Positions 28,832-37,428 of a stretch of 64,000 nt of DNA are shown here, piece after piece. Source of the DNA: Bacteroidota bacterium (lineage in GTDB: Bacteria > Bacteroidota > Bacteroidia > J057 > JAJTIE01); NCBI GenBank assembly GCA_019638695.1, contig JAHBTG010000001.1:19173-83172 (forward strand). Reading direction: 5' to 3'. Made by a program: the position numbers and the translations under genes. The notes below the pieces were generated by a model. That model was not told the DNA's origin. It saw only the letters and a program-made list of their open reading frames with translations, and made no database searches. The stretch's first letter is position 1, and each line of letters opens with the position of its first letter.

Positions 28832-31800
28832 ATGACAAGACTTTTATACTTACTACACTTGCTACTGCTTTCCACATTCGTCTCCACCCAGGGTCTTGGG
28901 CAATGTATGTTGCTGCCGGTCTCCCTGGAGGACCGCGTCAGCGGTGCAGATGCCGTGATAGAAGCCCGGGTAATAGACGCCAGGCCCTTTGTGCACCCTG
29001 CCAATAACATTATACATACTGCCTATGAGCTGGAGGTATACCGCAGTTTCAAGGGCCACACGCAAACCCGCGCCATACTGGTAGCCGAAGGCGGGCAACT
29101 GGGAGACCGCTGGCATGTGGTGGATCCGGGTGTTCAGCTGACCATAGGCCAGACAGGGATTTTTACCCTGCGCAAAGACTATGACCTGCTGCCTCAGGGC
29201 ACGATTCCTGCATACACGGCATTTGCAGGCCCCCAGGGAGTGATCACTTATACCCCGGACCGCAGCGAAGCTTCCGATGCGTTCACGCATTATACCAACC
29301 TGCGGGAGGACCTGTTCGCCCGCATCACCAAAAAGACGGGCAAGTCCTATCATGTCATCCTGGGCAGCGCCCAGAGCCTGATCATTGAAGGCGAAAATGA
29401 CCACCTGGTGCCACCTGCACCCATCCGCACCCTGGCTGCGCCCGGCATCACCAGCTTTAGCCCGGGAACGGTCAATGCAGGCACAGGGGCAGTGCTTACG
29501 ATCACGGGCACCAACTTTGGCACCTACAATGTATCCACCTCCAAGGTGCGTTTCCAGAACGCTGACCTGCTGCCCGGCAACTATATAGATGCGCTGGACC
29601 TGGACATTGTCAGCTGGACGGACACCCAGATAGAAGTGGTGGTGCGCTCCCGTGCCGGGACCGGGCAGATACAGGTATCGAACGCCGACGGCACCGCCAC
29701 CTCAGTTGCATCGCTGACCGTTAACTATAACCTGACCAACCTGGTGCAGGCCGGTGTGCCTTTCCGTGTGCACCTGGCCGGCCCCAGCAGCGGCGGCTAC
29801 CTGTTCCGGTACAACACTGACTTCGAAGCCAATGCTGCGGCCAAAGCCTCCTATGAGCGTGCCCTGCAAACCTGGCACTGCAATACCAATTTTCACCTGG
29901 TAATGGATGCTACCACCACTGCCCTGACCTGCCAGGCAGATGAAGGCACCAATATCATTGCCTTTGAAGACATTGCCACCTGCAACCGGGACTGTGGAGT
30001 GCTGGGGGTATCCTACAGTTATTATTCCGGGTGCCTGGACGGCGGCGGAAACTTCGTGTGGTACCTGAAAGGCAACGACGTGATCTTCAAGGAAGACGGC
30101 ACCGTGGGCAACGGCCCCTGCGCCATCACCATCAACTGGGAATACGGCCCCGGCATGCCCAGCGTGGGAGAATCTGACTTTGAATCCGTAGCCGTGCATG
30201 AACTGGGCCACACGCACCAGATAGGCCACGTGGTGAACCCTGCCCTAGTCATGCACCGCAGCCTGACCACCGGCACAGCGCTCCGCACCGTATCAGTGGG
30301 CTCCGACGTAGCTGCGGGCCTGGATATCATGGCCCTGGCCGCCACGAACGAGGTAGCCGCGTGCGGGCAACCCCAGCACACACCCATCAGTCCCACAGGC
30401 TGCTCCATTCCCCGCATTAACTTCGCCTCCGCCACCCTGTCCGCCCCCGAAGCCAACGCCAATACCGACCTGGGCGGCTGCCGCTCCTACCGTGCCTACA
30501 CGGTGAACATGAACATCTCTGCGGCACCTACAGGGGACGCCGTTCTGAGTTTCAGCCCCGCGGGCAGCACTGCCGTGAGCCCGGCGGATTATGCACTGTA
30601 TGACGCAGCCAACACCGCTGCGCTGACAACCCTTACTTTCCCTGACGGCGGGACCAGCAGCCAAAGCTTTACCTTGCGGGTATATGACGACCAGGCGGTG
30701 GAAGGACCCGAAACCCTGCTCCTCAACTTTTCCATAGGAAGCGGCACAGATGCCCTGAAAGGACTGAGCGCCGATACCGCGCTCACGGTAACCATCGGAG
30801 ACAATGACCTGCTGCCGTCCGGCGGGGTGAACACAGTGTATAGCGAAGATTTTGAGGGAGGACCCTTCCCCAGCATACTGCCCACCAACTGGACTTCCCT
30901 GAATTTCTATGGCGCAGCTACCAACCAGTTCTCTGCCAATACCACTCCCGGAGATGCCATATCAGGGAATTACAGCCTGCTGGTCTCCACCAATATACTT
31001 ACGTTCACACCCCCTTATGCCTACGATGCCGCAGAATCTACGCTCAAAGCGGCCCGCACCCCACTGATCGACGGCAGCAGCGCCAGTGATATGAAGCTTG
31101 CTTTTGACTGGAAATGTGTGGGCAATGCCGGCGCCGACTTTGGACTGGTTGCCTATTCGCTGGCAGCCACTCCCAACACGCCGGTGATCTTCAACAATAA
31201 CCTGCACAGCCAGGCCACTGCCCGCCGCGATACCCTGAACCTGCCCTCAGCGCTGGACGGCCAGTCCTTCTACCTGTGGTTCGGTTTTGGCAGCGATGGT
31301 CTCGGCACCGCCAATATGCCCCTGATGGCGGACAACATCCACGTATTCGAAGGCACCGCAGCGCCCACCGTGCAGGACGCCCTTGCCAGTGTAGACACCT
31401 ACCTGGGCCCGAATAGCACCGTAGCCGTGTACGACGCCGGCAAGATCCTTTGTGTGATAGAGAACACCTCTGCGCATGACTATGGCTGTACCACTGTGGC
31501 CATTGACCGCGCAGGTGCGGGTGCTGTCGCGTTCCAGAAAACGGATGCCAGCACCTTTGCCACAGAAAAGACATTGCTCATTACCCCCGCCAACAACAAC
31601 CCCACCGGCAGCTACAACCTGCGGGTGTATTACTCCGAAGCGGAAGTAGCCGGCTGGGAGACCGCTACCGGGAATGACCGTGCAGACCTCACCCTCTTCA
31701 AAAGCAAGGCCGCCATCAGCAATGTCAACCCGGCCGCACCCAACCCGCCTACCAACCCCGGCGGAGAAAACACCTATGGCACCAGCCCGATAGCCGCTAC

Positions 31801-32446
31801 TTATGCCGGCGGCATTGGCTATAGTGTGCAGGCCAGCTTTGCCACAGGGTTCAGCGGTTTCGGCGGCGGACTTCCGGACCCGGACGGCCCGATTGGTCTG
31901 GCGCCCCTGAGTCACGACCTCAACCTGCGCCTGAGTGCATTTGACACCCAGCAGGACGGCATACTCCTCCGCTGGACGGACAATGACCCCGGCCACACAG
32001 TAGCGTACCAACTGGAGCGTACGGATGCCTCCGGCAACCTGGCAGCCCAGGCAAAGGTGCAGGCCACCGGTGCAACCACCTATGAATACCTGGACACCCA
32101 GACACTGACCGGCCGCACCAGCTGGCGGGTGAAACGGCTGAACCCAGACGGCGTTGCCAGCTATAGCAACCTGGTAAGCATGGTGCAGGATCAGTCCGTT
32201 TTCCGCTGGGAACTCAACCCCAATCCTGCCCTGAATACCGTGCAGATGCTGCTCAAGCATACGGGCACAGCACACCTTCAGGTTGTGGACGCGCTGGGCA
32301 AACCGGTACTAGAGGAAACGTATACCGTAGAAGGCAGCTCCAGCATTCCGCTGTCACTCACCCAGTGGCCTGCCGGGCTGTACCATTTCACCCTGCAGGT
32401 AAATGGCGTACAGCACAGCCGCAAGCTAGTAGTCCTGCCCCACTAA
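28832..32446 (+). CDS. Secreted multidomain metzincin-like zinc protease (IPT/TIG, protease, Calx-beta-like) with T9SS type A CTD
   Basis: The ATG at 28832 gives signal peptide 'MTRLLYLLHLLLLSTFVSTQG'. 'ITSFSPGTVNAGTGAVLTITGTNFG' is IPT/TIG-like. The zinc motif is 'AVHELGHTHQIGHV', followed by 'ALVMHRS'. 'YTVNMNISAAPTGDAVLSFS...FTLRVYDDQAVEGPETLLLNFSI' is Calx-beta-like. The C-terminal 'NPNPALNTVQMLL...VVDALGKPV...PAGLYHFTLQVNG' is a type A CTD. Confidence 0.8.
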   Translation: MTRLLYLLHLLLLSTFVSTQGLGQCMLLPVSLEDRVSGADAVIEARVIDARPFVHPANNIIHTAYELEVYRSFKGHTQTRAILVAEGGQLGDRWHVVDPGVQLTIGQTGIFTLRKDYDLLPQGTIPAYTAFAGPQGVITYTPDRSEASDAFTHYTNLREDLFARITKKTGKSYHVILGSAQSLIIEGENDHLVPPAPIRTLAAPGITSFSPGTVNAGTGAVLTITGTNFGTYNVSTSKVRFQNADLLPGNYIDALDLDIVSWTDTQIEVVVRSRAGTGQIQVSNADGTATSVASLTVNYNLTNLVQAGVPFRVHLAGPSSGGYLFRYNTDFEANAAAKASYERALQTWHCNTNFHLVMDATTTALTCQADEGTNIIAFEDIATCNRDCGVLGVSYSYYSGCLDGGGNFVWYLKGNDVIFKEDGTVGNGPCAITINWEYGPGMPSVGESDFESVAVHELGHTHQIGHVVNPALVMHRSLTTGTALRTVSVGSDVAAGLDIMALAATNEVAACGQPQHTPISPTGCSIPRINFASATLSAPEANANTDLGGCRSYRAYTVNMNISAAPTGDAVLSFSPAGSTAVSPADYALYDAANTAALTTLTFPDGGTSSQSFTLRVYDDQAVEGPETLLLNFSIGSGTDALKGLSADTALTVTIGDNDLLPSGGVNTVYSEDFEGGPFPSILPTNWTSLNFYGAATNQFSANTTPGDAISGNYSLLVSTNILTFTPPYAYDAAESTLKAARTPLIDGSSASDMKLAFDWKCVGNAGADFGLVAYSLAATPNTPVIFNNNLHSQATARRDTLNLPSALDGQSFYLWFGFGSDGLGTANMPLMADNIHVFEGTAAPTVQDALASVDTYLGPNSTVAVYDAGKILCVIENTSAHDYGCTTVAIDRAGAGAVAFQKTDASTFATEKTLLITPANNNPTGSYNLRVYYSEAEVAGWETATGNDRADLTLFKSKAAISNVNPAAPNPPTNPGGENTYGTSPIAATYAGGIGYSVQASFATGFSGFGGGLPDPDGPIGLAPLSHDLNLRLSAFDTQQDGILLRWTDNDPGHTVAYQLERTDASGNLAAQAKVQATGATTYEYLDTQTLTGRTSWRVKRLNPDGVASYSNLVSMVQDQSVFRWELNPNPALNTVQMLLKHTGTAHLQVVDALGKPVLEETYTVEGSSSIPLSLTQWPAGLYHFTLQVNGVQHSRKLVVLPH

Positions 32447-32471
32447 GGGGCAAGGCTACGCGCCGTGCCGG

Positions 32472-34133
32472 TCAGACAGGGTTATGGGTTTCATCAAACC
32501 CATAAAAAGAGGCGGCTAGTCCCGATGCTGCCGAAGGCACTACCATAGGGTCTTTCTCCACCGTATAGGGATGGAAAGGCACTTTGTGGAACAGGCTCTG
32601 CCAGTATTCATAGGTGCGCAGGTCATCGGGCGTGCCCCAGCCGATATAGTCTGCCACCTCAAACACCCGCACGCGGTAGCCCAGGGCCACCAGCGCACCG
32701 ATAACACTGTCTGCATAGAACTCGCCATTGACCCGCTCATTACGGTCATAGAGATACTGCAGTCCTTCCTGGAAGAAGCGGGCCTTGCGAAAGCTGAACG
32801 CCCCCACAATAGCATGGTCCTGCCGGGGATTATCCGAAATAGGCACTTTGACGGATACGCCTGTCACTTCCCCGGAGGGAGTGGTTTTTACCCAGCCATA
32901 CATCTGTGGATTGAGCTGCGCCGAGGGGTGGTCACGAAAAGTCCAGACAATGGCATCCACTGCCGGGTCTTCTGCCAGGGCGCGATAGGCCTGCCGGTCG
33001 TATAACATGGCATTATCCGAAGCCGCTATACACAGGGGATATTCCATATCCTGCGGTTGCAGGCCCAGTTCCACGGTACAGGCCTGACCCTCCGTAACGC
33101 CCTCCAGCGGCACTATGCGGCAGGCAGGATAAGCCGCACGCAGTTCTTTTTCCAGCTGCGGATAGGTATCCAGGTGAGCCTGCAGGCAGACAAACGTGTG
33201 CTGCTCCGCCGGGGGCATGGCTGCCCCGGCCTGCACAATCATGGGTTTACCGCCCACGGGAATGAGGGGTTTGGGAAGGGTATAGCCTTCATTGGCAAAA
33301 CGGCTGCCCCGGCCTGCCAGGGGAATGAGGTTGCGACTGCCGGGCTGCGGGGCATAAGATAGGGGCGCTTCCAGCACCCTGCGAAAGAACTGGCTCCAGC
33401 GCAGGTACTCCTCCAGTTCGCCCGGCGTGCCCCACTGCAACATATGCTGTATCTCGTAAATATCCACCCGCAGGCCGTCAGCCACCAGCAGGTTCATGAC
33501 CATGCTCACATAATATTCTCCGTTCACCTGGACATCCTGCGCCATCAGCTGGCGGAAGTACTTCTTGAGGATAGCCCCGGTGCGGAAATAGTAAGTGCCG
33601 TCGGACGCATATTCCCGCATACGGTCATCTGTGAAAGGCTGCTTCTCGCGGATCTCCAGCATGCGCTGGCGGCCGTCGTCGCGCATAAAGGCATAGTTGA
33701 TCTTACCCAGCATATGCGGGTGGAACCCCCTGTATGCCGGCACAGCGCCGTCTGACCGGCGAGCCCGGAGAAACTTCAGGAAATGGGCATAATCCCACCA
33801 TTTGCCAAAATCGCAGTAATTGACAATGACCTCTTCGGCATCATCCAGTATCTCATCTGCAAACTCGGCCACTGCAAATACCGGCCCCTTTTTATGACCC
33901 GGATGGGGCAATATGCGGCCCTGAGGCGCTATGCGCTGCAGGACCTCCCGCATAGGCGTGGTATCCAGGTGCTCCTGCCGGCAGATAAAGGAGAAGCGGG
34001 TTTCCCCGGGGAACATATTGACCACATGCTGGATGATGGGCATGCCCTCGACTTCGATCAAGGGTTTGGGCAGGGTATAGCCGGCATCTACAAAGCGCTG
34101 GCCGAGCCCGGTCATGGGAATGACGATGTGCAT
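32472..34133 (-). CDS. Fusion of two sugar-phosphate nucleotidyltransferase-like (GT-A fold) domains
   Basis: 553-aa ORF. Both halves start with a G-x-G-x-R-F...PKPLI motif: 'IPMTGLGQRFVDAGYTLPKPLIEVEGMPII' and 'IPLAGRGSRFANEGYTLPKPLIPVGGKPMI'. Both end with 'WGTP..L..Y' ('LQWGTPGELEEY', 'IGWGTPDDLRTY'). Confidence 0.7.
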   Translation of the reverse strand: MHIVIPMTGLGQRFVDAGYTLPKPLIEVEGMPIIQHVVNMFPGETRFSFICRQEHLDTTPMREVLQRIAPQGRILPHPGHKKGPVFAVAEFADEILDDAEEVIVNYCDFGKWWDYAHFLKFLRARRSDGAVPAYRGFHPHMLGKINYAFMRDDGRQRMLEIREKQPFTDDRMREYASDGTYYFRTGAILKKYFRQLMAQDVQVNGEYYVSMVMNLLVADGLRVDIYEIQHMLQWGTPGELEEYLRWSQFFRRVLEAPLSYAPQPGSRNLIPLAGRGSRFANEGYTLPKPLIPVGGKPMIVQAGAAMPPAEQHTFVCLQAHLDTYPQLEKELRAAYPACRIVPLEGVTEGQACTVELGLQPQDMEYPLCIAASDNAMLYDRQAYRALAEDPAVDAIVWTFRDHPSAQLNPQMYGWVKTTPSGEVTGVSVKVPISDNPRQDHAIVGAFSFRKARFFQEGLQYLYDRNERVNGEFYADSVIGALVALGYRVRVFEVADYIGWGTPDDLRTYEYWQSLFHKVPFHPYTVEKDPMVVPSAASGLAASFYGFDETHNPV

Positions 34134-34215
34134 GCCGGCAAATTACGGGGGAATCCGCCCTTTGGCAAATAGCAGGGGGGTCGCTACACCCTTCAACCTG
34201 CCTGTAACGGCAAGC

Positions 34216-35766
34216 TTAGCGGGGGGTCACCAGCACCTCGCCGGTCATCTCGGCAGGAACGGGCAAACCCATCAGGGAAAGCAGCGTGGGCGCAATATCG
34301 CCCAGTTTGCCGGGTCTAAGGGCAAATCGGTGGGCATCCGGTCCCACCAGGATACAAGGCACCTTTGCCAGGGTATGTGCCGTGTGCGGGCTGCCATCAG
34401 GGTTCTTCATGCGGTCGCAGTTGCCATGGTCGGCCAGGATGATACAGGTGTAGCCCGCCTGCAAGGCCGCAGAGATCACATCGCGGTTACAACTGTCTAC
34501 GGTTTCTACAGCAGCTATCGCAGCCTCCCACACGCCGGTATGGCCCACCATATCCGGGTTGGCAAAGTTGAGGCAGACAAAACCCGCGGCTCCCTCCTGC
34601 AAGCGGGGCACAATGGCATCCCGGATCTCCGGGGCACTCATCTGCGGTTGCAAATCATAGGTAGCCACCCGGGGGCTGGGGATAAGGATGCGCTCTTCGC
34701 CGGGATAGGGGGTCTCCACTCCTCCGTTAAAGAAGAACGTGACGTGCGGATATTTTTCGGTTTCGGCAATACGGATCTGGGAAACCCCATGCCGGCTGAG
34801 CACCTGACCCAGCATGTTGGGCAGCGTATCTTTCTCAAACAGCACCTGCACCCCTTGCCAGGTATCGTCGTAGCGGGTGAAGGTGGTAAATTGCAGCGGC
34901 AAGGTGTGCATGCCATACTCGGGCAAGCTGGCTTGTGTAAGCGCTGTGGTCAGTTGGCGGCCGCGGTCTGTGCGGAAGTTGAAGAACAGGCAGGCATCTC
35001 CGGGATGAATGGTAGCCAGGGGGTTGCCACCCCGGGTAATGACCACGGACTCCAGGAATTCGTCCGTAACTCCCCGGGCATAGCTGTCCCGCACGGCTGC
35101 CAGTGGATCTTCAGCCGCCTGGCCAATGCCCTGCACAAGGAGATCCCAGGCCCGGCGAGTGCGTTCCCACCGTTTGTCGCGGTCCATCGCATAATAGCGC
35201 CCGCACACAGATGCGATCTGTCCTATGCCCACCTGCGCCAGCGTATCCTGCAAGCGCTGCAGGTGCACCAGGCCACTCCTGGGATCGGTATCCCGTCCGT
35301 CAGTAAATACGTGAATATATACCTGGGTAAGTCCGACGGCTTTGAGAAGGGGTAATAATGCCAGCAGGTGATCTATATGACTGTGCACGCCGCCATCTGA
35401 CAGCAATCCCAGGAGATGCAGGGGCTTCTGCTGGATCTTGCAATACTCTATTACCTGGCGGAAAGGCGCACCGGCCGCCAGGCTACCATCCCGGAGGGCA
35501 GTGGAAATGCGTTCCAGTTCCTGATACACCACGCGCCCGGCGCCCAGGTTCATATGTCCCACCTCGCTGTTACCCATCTGCCCGGCGGGCAAACCCACCG
35601 CCTGCTCACTGGCGAGCAACCAGGTATGCGGCCACTGGGCCAGCAGTTCATGGTAAAAAGGCACCCGGGCATTATCAGGCGCCGATACGCTGGGGTCTTC
35701 TGCAATTCCCCAGCCATCCAGTATGACCAGCAGGGTTTTGCGCTTGAGCGGAGCAGACATGGGCAA
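34216..35766 (-). CDS. gpmI: 2,3-bisphosphoglycerate-independent phosphoglycerate mutase
   Basis: 516-aa ORF with 'LVILDGWGI', 'GNSEVGHMNLGAGRVVYQ', 'LLSDGGVHSH' and 'ADHGN' motifs of iPGM. Confidence 0.92.
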   Translation of the reverse strand: MPMSAPLKRKTLLVILDGWGIAEDPSVSAPDNARVPFYHELLAQWPHTWLLASEQAVGLPAGQMGNSEVGHMNLGAGRVVYQELERISTALRDGSLAAGAPFRQVIEYCKIQQKPLHLLGLLSDGGVHSHIDHLLALLPLLKAVGLTQVYIHVFTDGRDTDPRSGLVHLQRLQDTLAQVGIGQIASVCGRYYAMDRDKRWERTRRAWDLLVQGIGQAAEDPLAAVRDSYARGVTDEFLESVVITRGGNPLATIHPGDACLFFNFRTDRGRQLTTALTQASLPEYGMHTLPLQFTTFTRYDDTWQGVQVLFEKDTLPNMLGQVLSRHGVSQIRIAETEKYPHVTFFFNGGVETPYPGEERILIPSPRVATYDLQPQMSAPEIRDAIVPRLQEGAAGFVCLNFANPDMVGHTGVWEAAIAAVETVDSCNRDVISAALQAGYTCIILADHGNCDRMKNPDGSPHTAHTLAKVPCILVGPDAHRFALRPGKLGDIAPTLLSLMGLPVPAEMTGEVLVTPR

Positions 35767-35780
35767 AGAAGATGATATTT

Positions 35781-35828
35781 AAAATACAAAGGGCTACCCT
35801 AAGCGCCGGCACGGCCCCACGGTAGCCC
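35781..35828 (-). terminator. Probable terminator downstream of gcvH
   Basis: Stem GGGCTACC/GGTAGCCC (35791-35798 and 35821-35828) with a 22-nt GC-rich loop. On the minus strand it is followed by TTTGTATTTT. Confidence 0.45.
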
Positions 35829-35852
35829 TGGGCAGAGATCCATATATAAGAA

Positions 35853-36227
35853 CTACAGCAGCGCCTCGTATTGTTCGGCGGTCAGTAGTTCAGAACGGTC
35901 GGCGGCGCCGCTGAGCGTCACCTTTACCATCCATCCTTGTCCATAAGGGTCCTGGTTCACCAGCTCAGGCTGGCCTTCCAGAGCGCTGTTCAGCTCCAGG
36001 ATGGTGCCGTCGAGGGGCAGGAAGAGGTCGCTCACGGTCTTCACCGCTTCCACGGTGCCAAAAACAGCGCCGCTCTGCAAAGTTTCGCCCACGGTGTTCA
36101 CTTCTACGAACACAATGTCACCCAGTTCTTTCTGGGCAAATTCTGTGACGCCCACAGTGGCTACGTCACCTTCTATGCGAACCCATTCGTGGTCGCGTGT
36201 GTACAGCAGGTCTTGGGGAAATTGCAT
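35853..36227 (-). CDS. gcvH: Glycine cleavage system H protein
   Basis: 124-aa ORF with '[34 protein letters not shown]' and the lipoyl-lysine motif '[10 protein letters not shown]'. Confidence 0.92.
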   Translation of the reverse strand: MQFPQDLLYTRDHEWVRIEGDVATVGVTEFAQKELGDIVFVEVNTVGETLQSGAVFGTVEAVKTVSDLFLPLDGTILELNSALEGQPELVNQDPYGQGWMVKVTLSGAADRSELLTAEQYEALL

Positions 36228-36272
36228 GGTAGGGAAAAAATGAGGTAAGTGGGAGGAGCGTTAAATGCAGGG

Positions 36273-36280
36273 CAAATATA
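36273..36280 (-). promoter_or_regulatory. Candidate -7 promoter box TATATTTG for gcvH
   Basis: Plus strand CAAATATA, 46 nt upstream of the gcvH ATG. Confidence 0.35.
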
Positions 36281-36325
36281 CAGTAGCGTCTGATAAATAG
36301 CCAGCAGGAGCGCTTTTTGCCCGAA

Positions 36326-36345
36326 TTTTCAATTTGAATTGAAAA
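36326..36345. promoter_or_regulatory. 20-bp palindrome, candidate operator of the adjacent GbsR-family regulator
   Basis: TTTTCAATT-TG-AATTGAAAA has perfect 9-bp arms. It lies 21 nt upstream of the regulator ATG (36367), in the gcvH/regulator divergent region. Confidence 0.3.
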
Positions 36346-36366
36346 CCGCCGTAACTTGCACACATT

Positions 36367-36930
36367 ATGGCTGCGGCAAAAGACCTGACCACCAGCAAAC
36401 AGGAGTTTATCAACTGCTGGGGAGATATGGCCTCGCACTGGGGGGTAAGCCGCACCATGGCCCAGATCTATGCACTGCTGTTTGTGAGCGCGGAGCCGCT
36501 GGATACGGAACAGATCATGGCAGACCTGGGTATCAGCCGGGGCAATGCCAATATCAACCTGCACAAACTGCTGGACTGGCAGATCATCCGCAAAGTGGAA
36601 GTGCCGGAGACCCGGCGCGATTTCTTTGAGGCGGAGAAAGATATCTGGAAGCTCACGGAACGCATCATCCAGGAACGGAAAAGCCGCGAGATTCACCCGC
36701 TGACAGACAGCATCACCCAGATACAGCAGTCCCTGCAGGAACTACCGGACGGCAGCACCCGGCAGATGACGCCGGAAGAAGCCGAGTTTGCCCAGAACCT
36801 GCAGCGTATGCAGGATTTCCTGCGGTTGTTTGAGCAGGTATCGGGCATCTTCCTGGGATTGCTGCGCGAGCGTAAGGTAGACCAGCTAACTTCGCTGCTG
36901 GGTTTATTCACAGAAATGTCCGGCAGATGA
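36367..36930 (+). CDS. GbsR/MarR-family winged-helix transcriptional regulator
   Basis: 187-aa ORF. 'FINCWGDMASHWGVSRTMAQIYALLFVSAEPLDTEQIMADLGISRGNANINLHKLLDWQIIRKV' is the typical GbsR-type wHTH. Confidence 0.75.
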   Translation: MAAAKDLTTSKQEFINCWGDMASHWGVSRTMAQIYALLFVSAEPLDTEQIMADLGISRGNANINLHKLLDWQIIRKVEVPETRRDFFEAEKDIWKLTERIIQERKSREIHPLTDSITQIQQSLQELPDGSTRQMTPEEAEFAQNLQRMQDFLRLFEQVSGIFLGLLRERKVDQLTSLLGLFTEMSGR

Positions 36931-37415
36931 GCAAGCCTAATTTCCAGCGCTACACCCGCCGTATCATACGCGACCTGCACGCCCGCGAAAGCATGCGCCT
37001 GGGCTGGTACCGGCAGGTACACAGCGGGGGAGACCGCATCCGGCTACTGCGTGAACGCAAGGCACAGCACACAGCCTTCCTGATGGATCTGCTGCGCCGC
37101 CGCCGCCTGGGGCCGGCCTGGTATGCCCGGTGGTTCTATTACTTTGGCCACCTCTTCGGCTGGTGCACCGCGCTTCTGCCCGCACGCCTGGCCCTGCGTA
37201 TAGAGCATACGCTGGAGTGGTGGATCATGCTGCGATATGAGAAATACCTGCGCCGCCTGAAGCTTGATGCCAACTTCCGGAGCATGATCGAGGCGCTGGA
37301 GATGGAAAAGCTGGCACACAACGAACCCAGTCCGGATGTGCTGAACACCCTGGAGGGTTTCCTGAAGAATCAGGAGCAACTGCTGCAATACCCGCCGTTA
37401 AACCCCAAAGCCTGA
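36927..37415 (+). CDS. Hypothetical protein (helical, Arg-rich), translationally coupled to the regulator gene
   Basis: 162-aa ORF whose ATG overlaps the regulator stop (ATGA). I could not confirm a di-iron ExxH pair, so no family is assigned. Confidence 0.5.
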   Translation: MSKPNFQRYTRRIIRDLHARESMRLGWYRQVHSGGDRIRLLRERKAQHTAFLMDLLRRRRLGPAWYARWFYYFGHLFGWCTALLPARLALRIEHTLEWWIMLRYEKYLRRLKLDANFRSMIEALEMEKLAHNEPSPDVLNTLEGFLKNQEQLLQYPPLNPKA

Positions 37416-37428
37416 GTATCTTGGCAGG

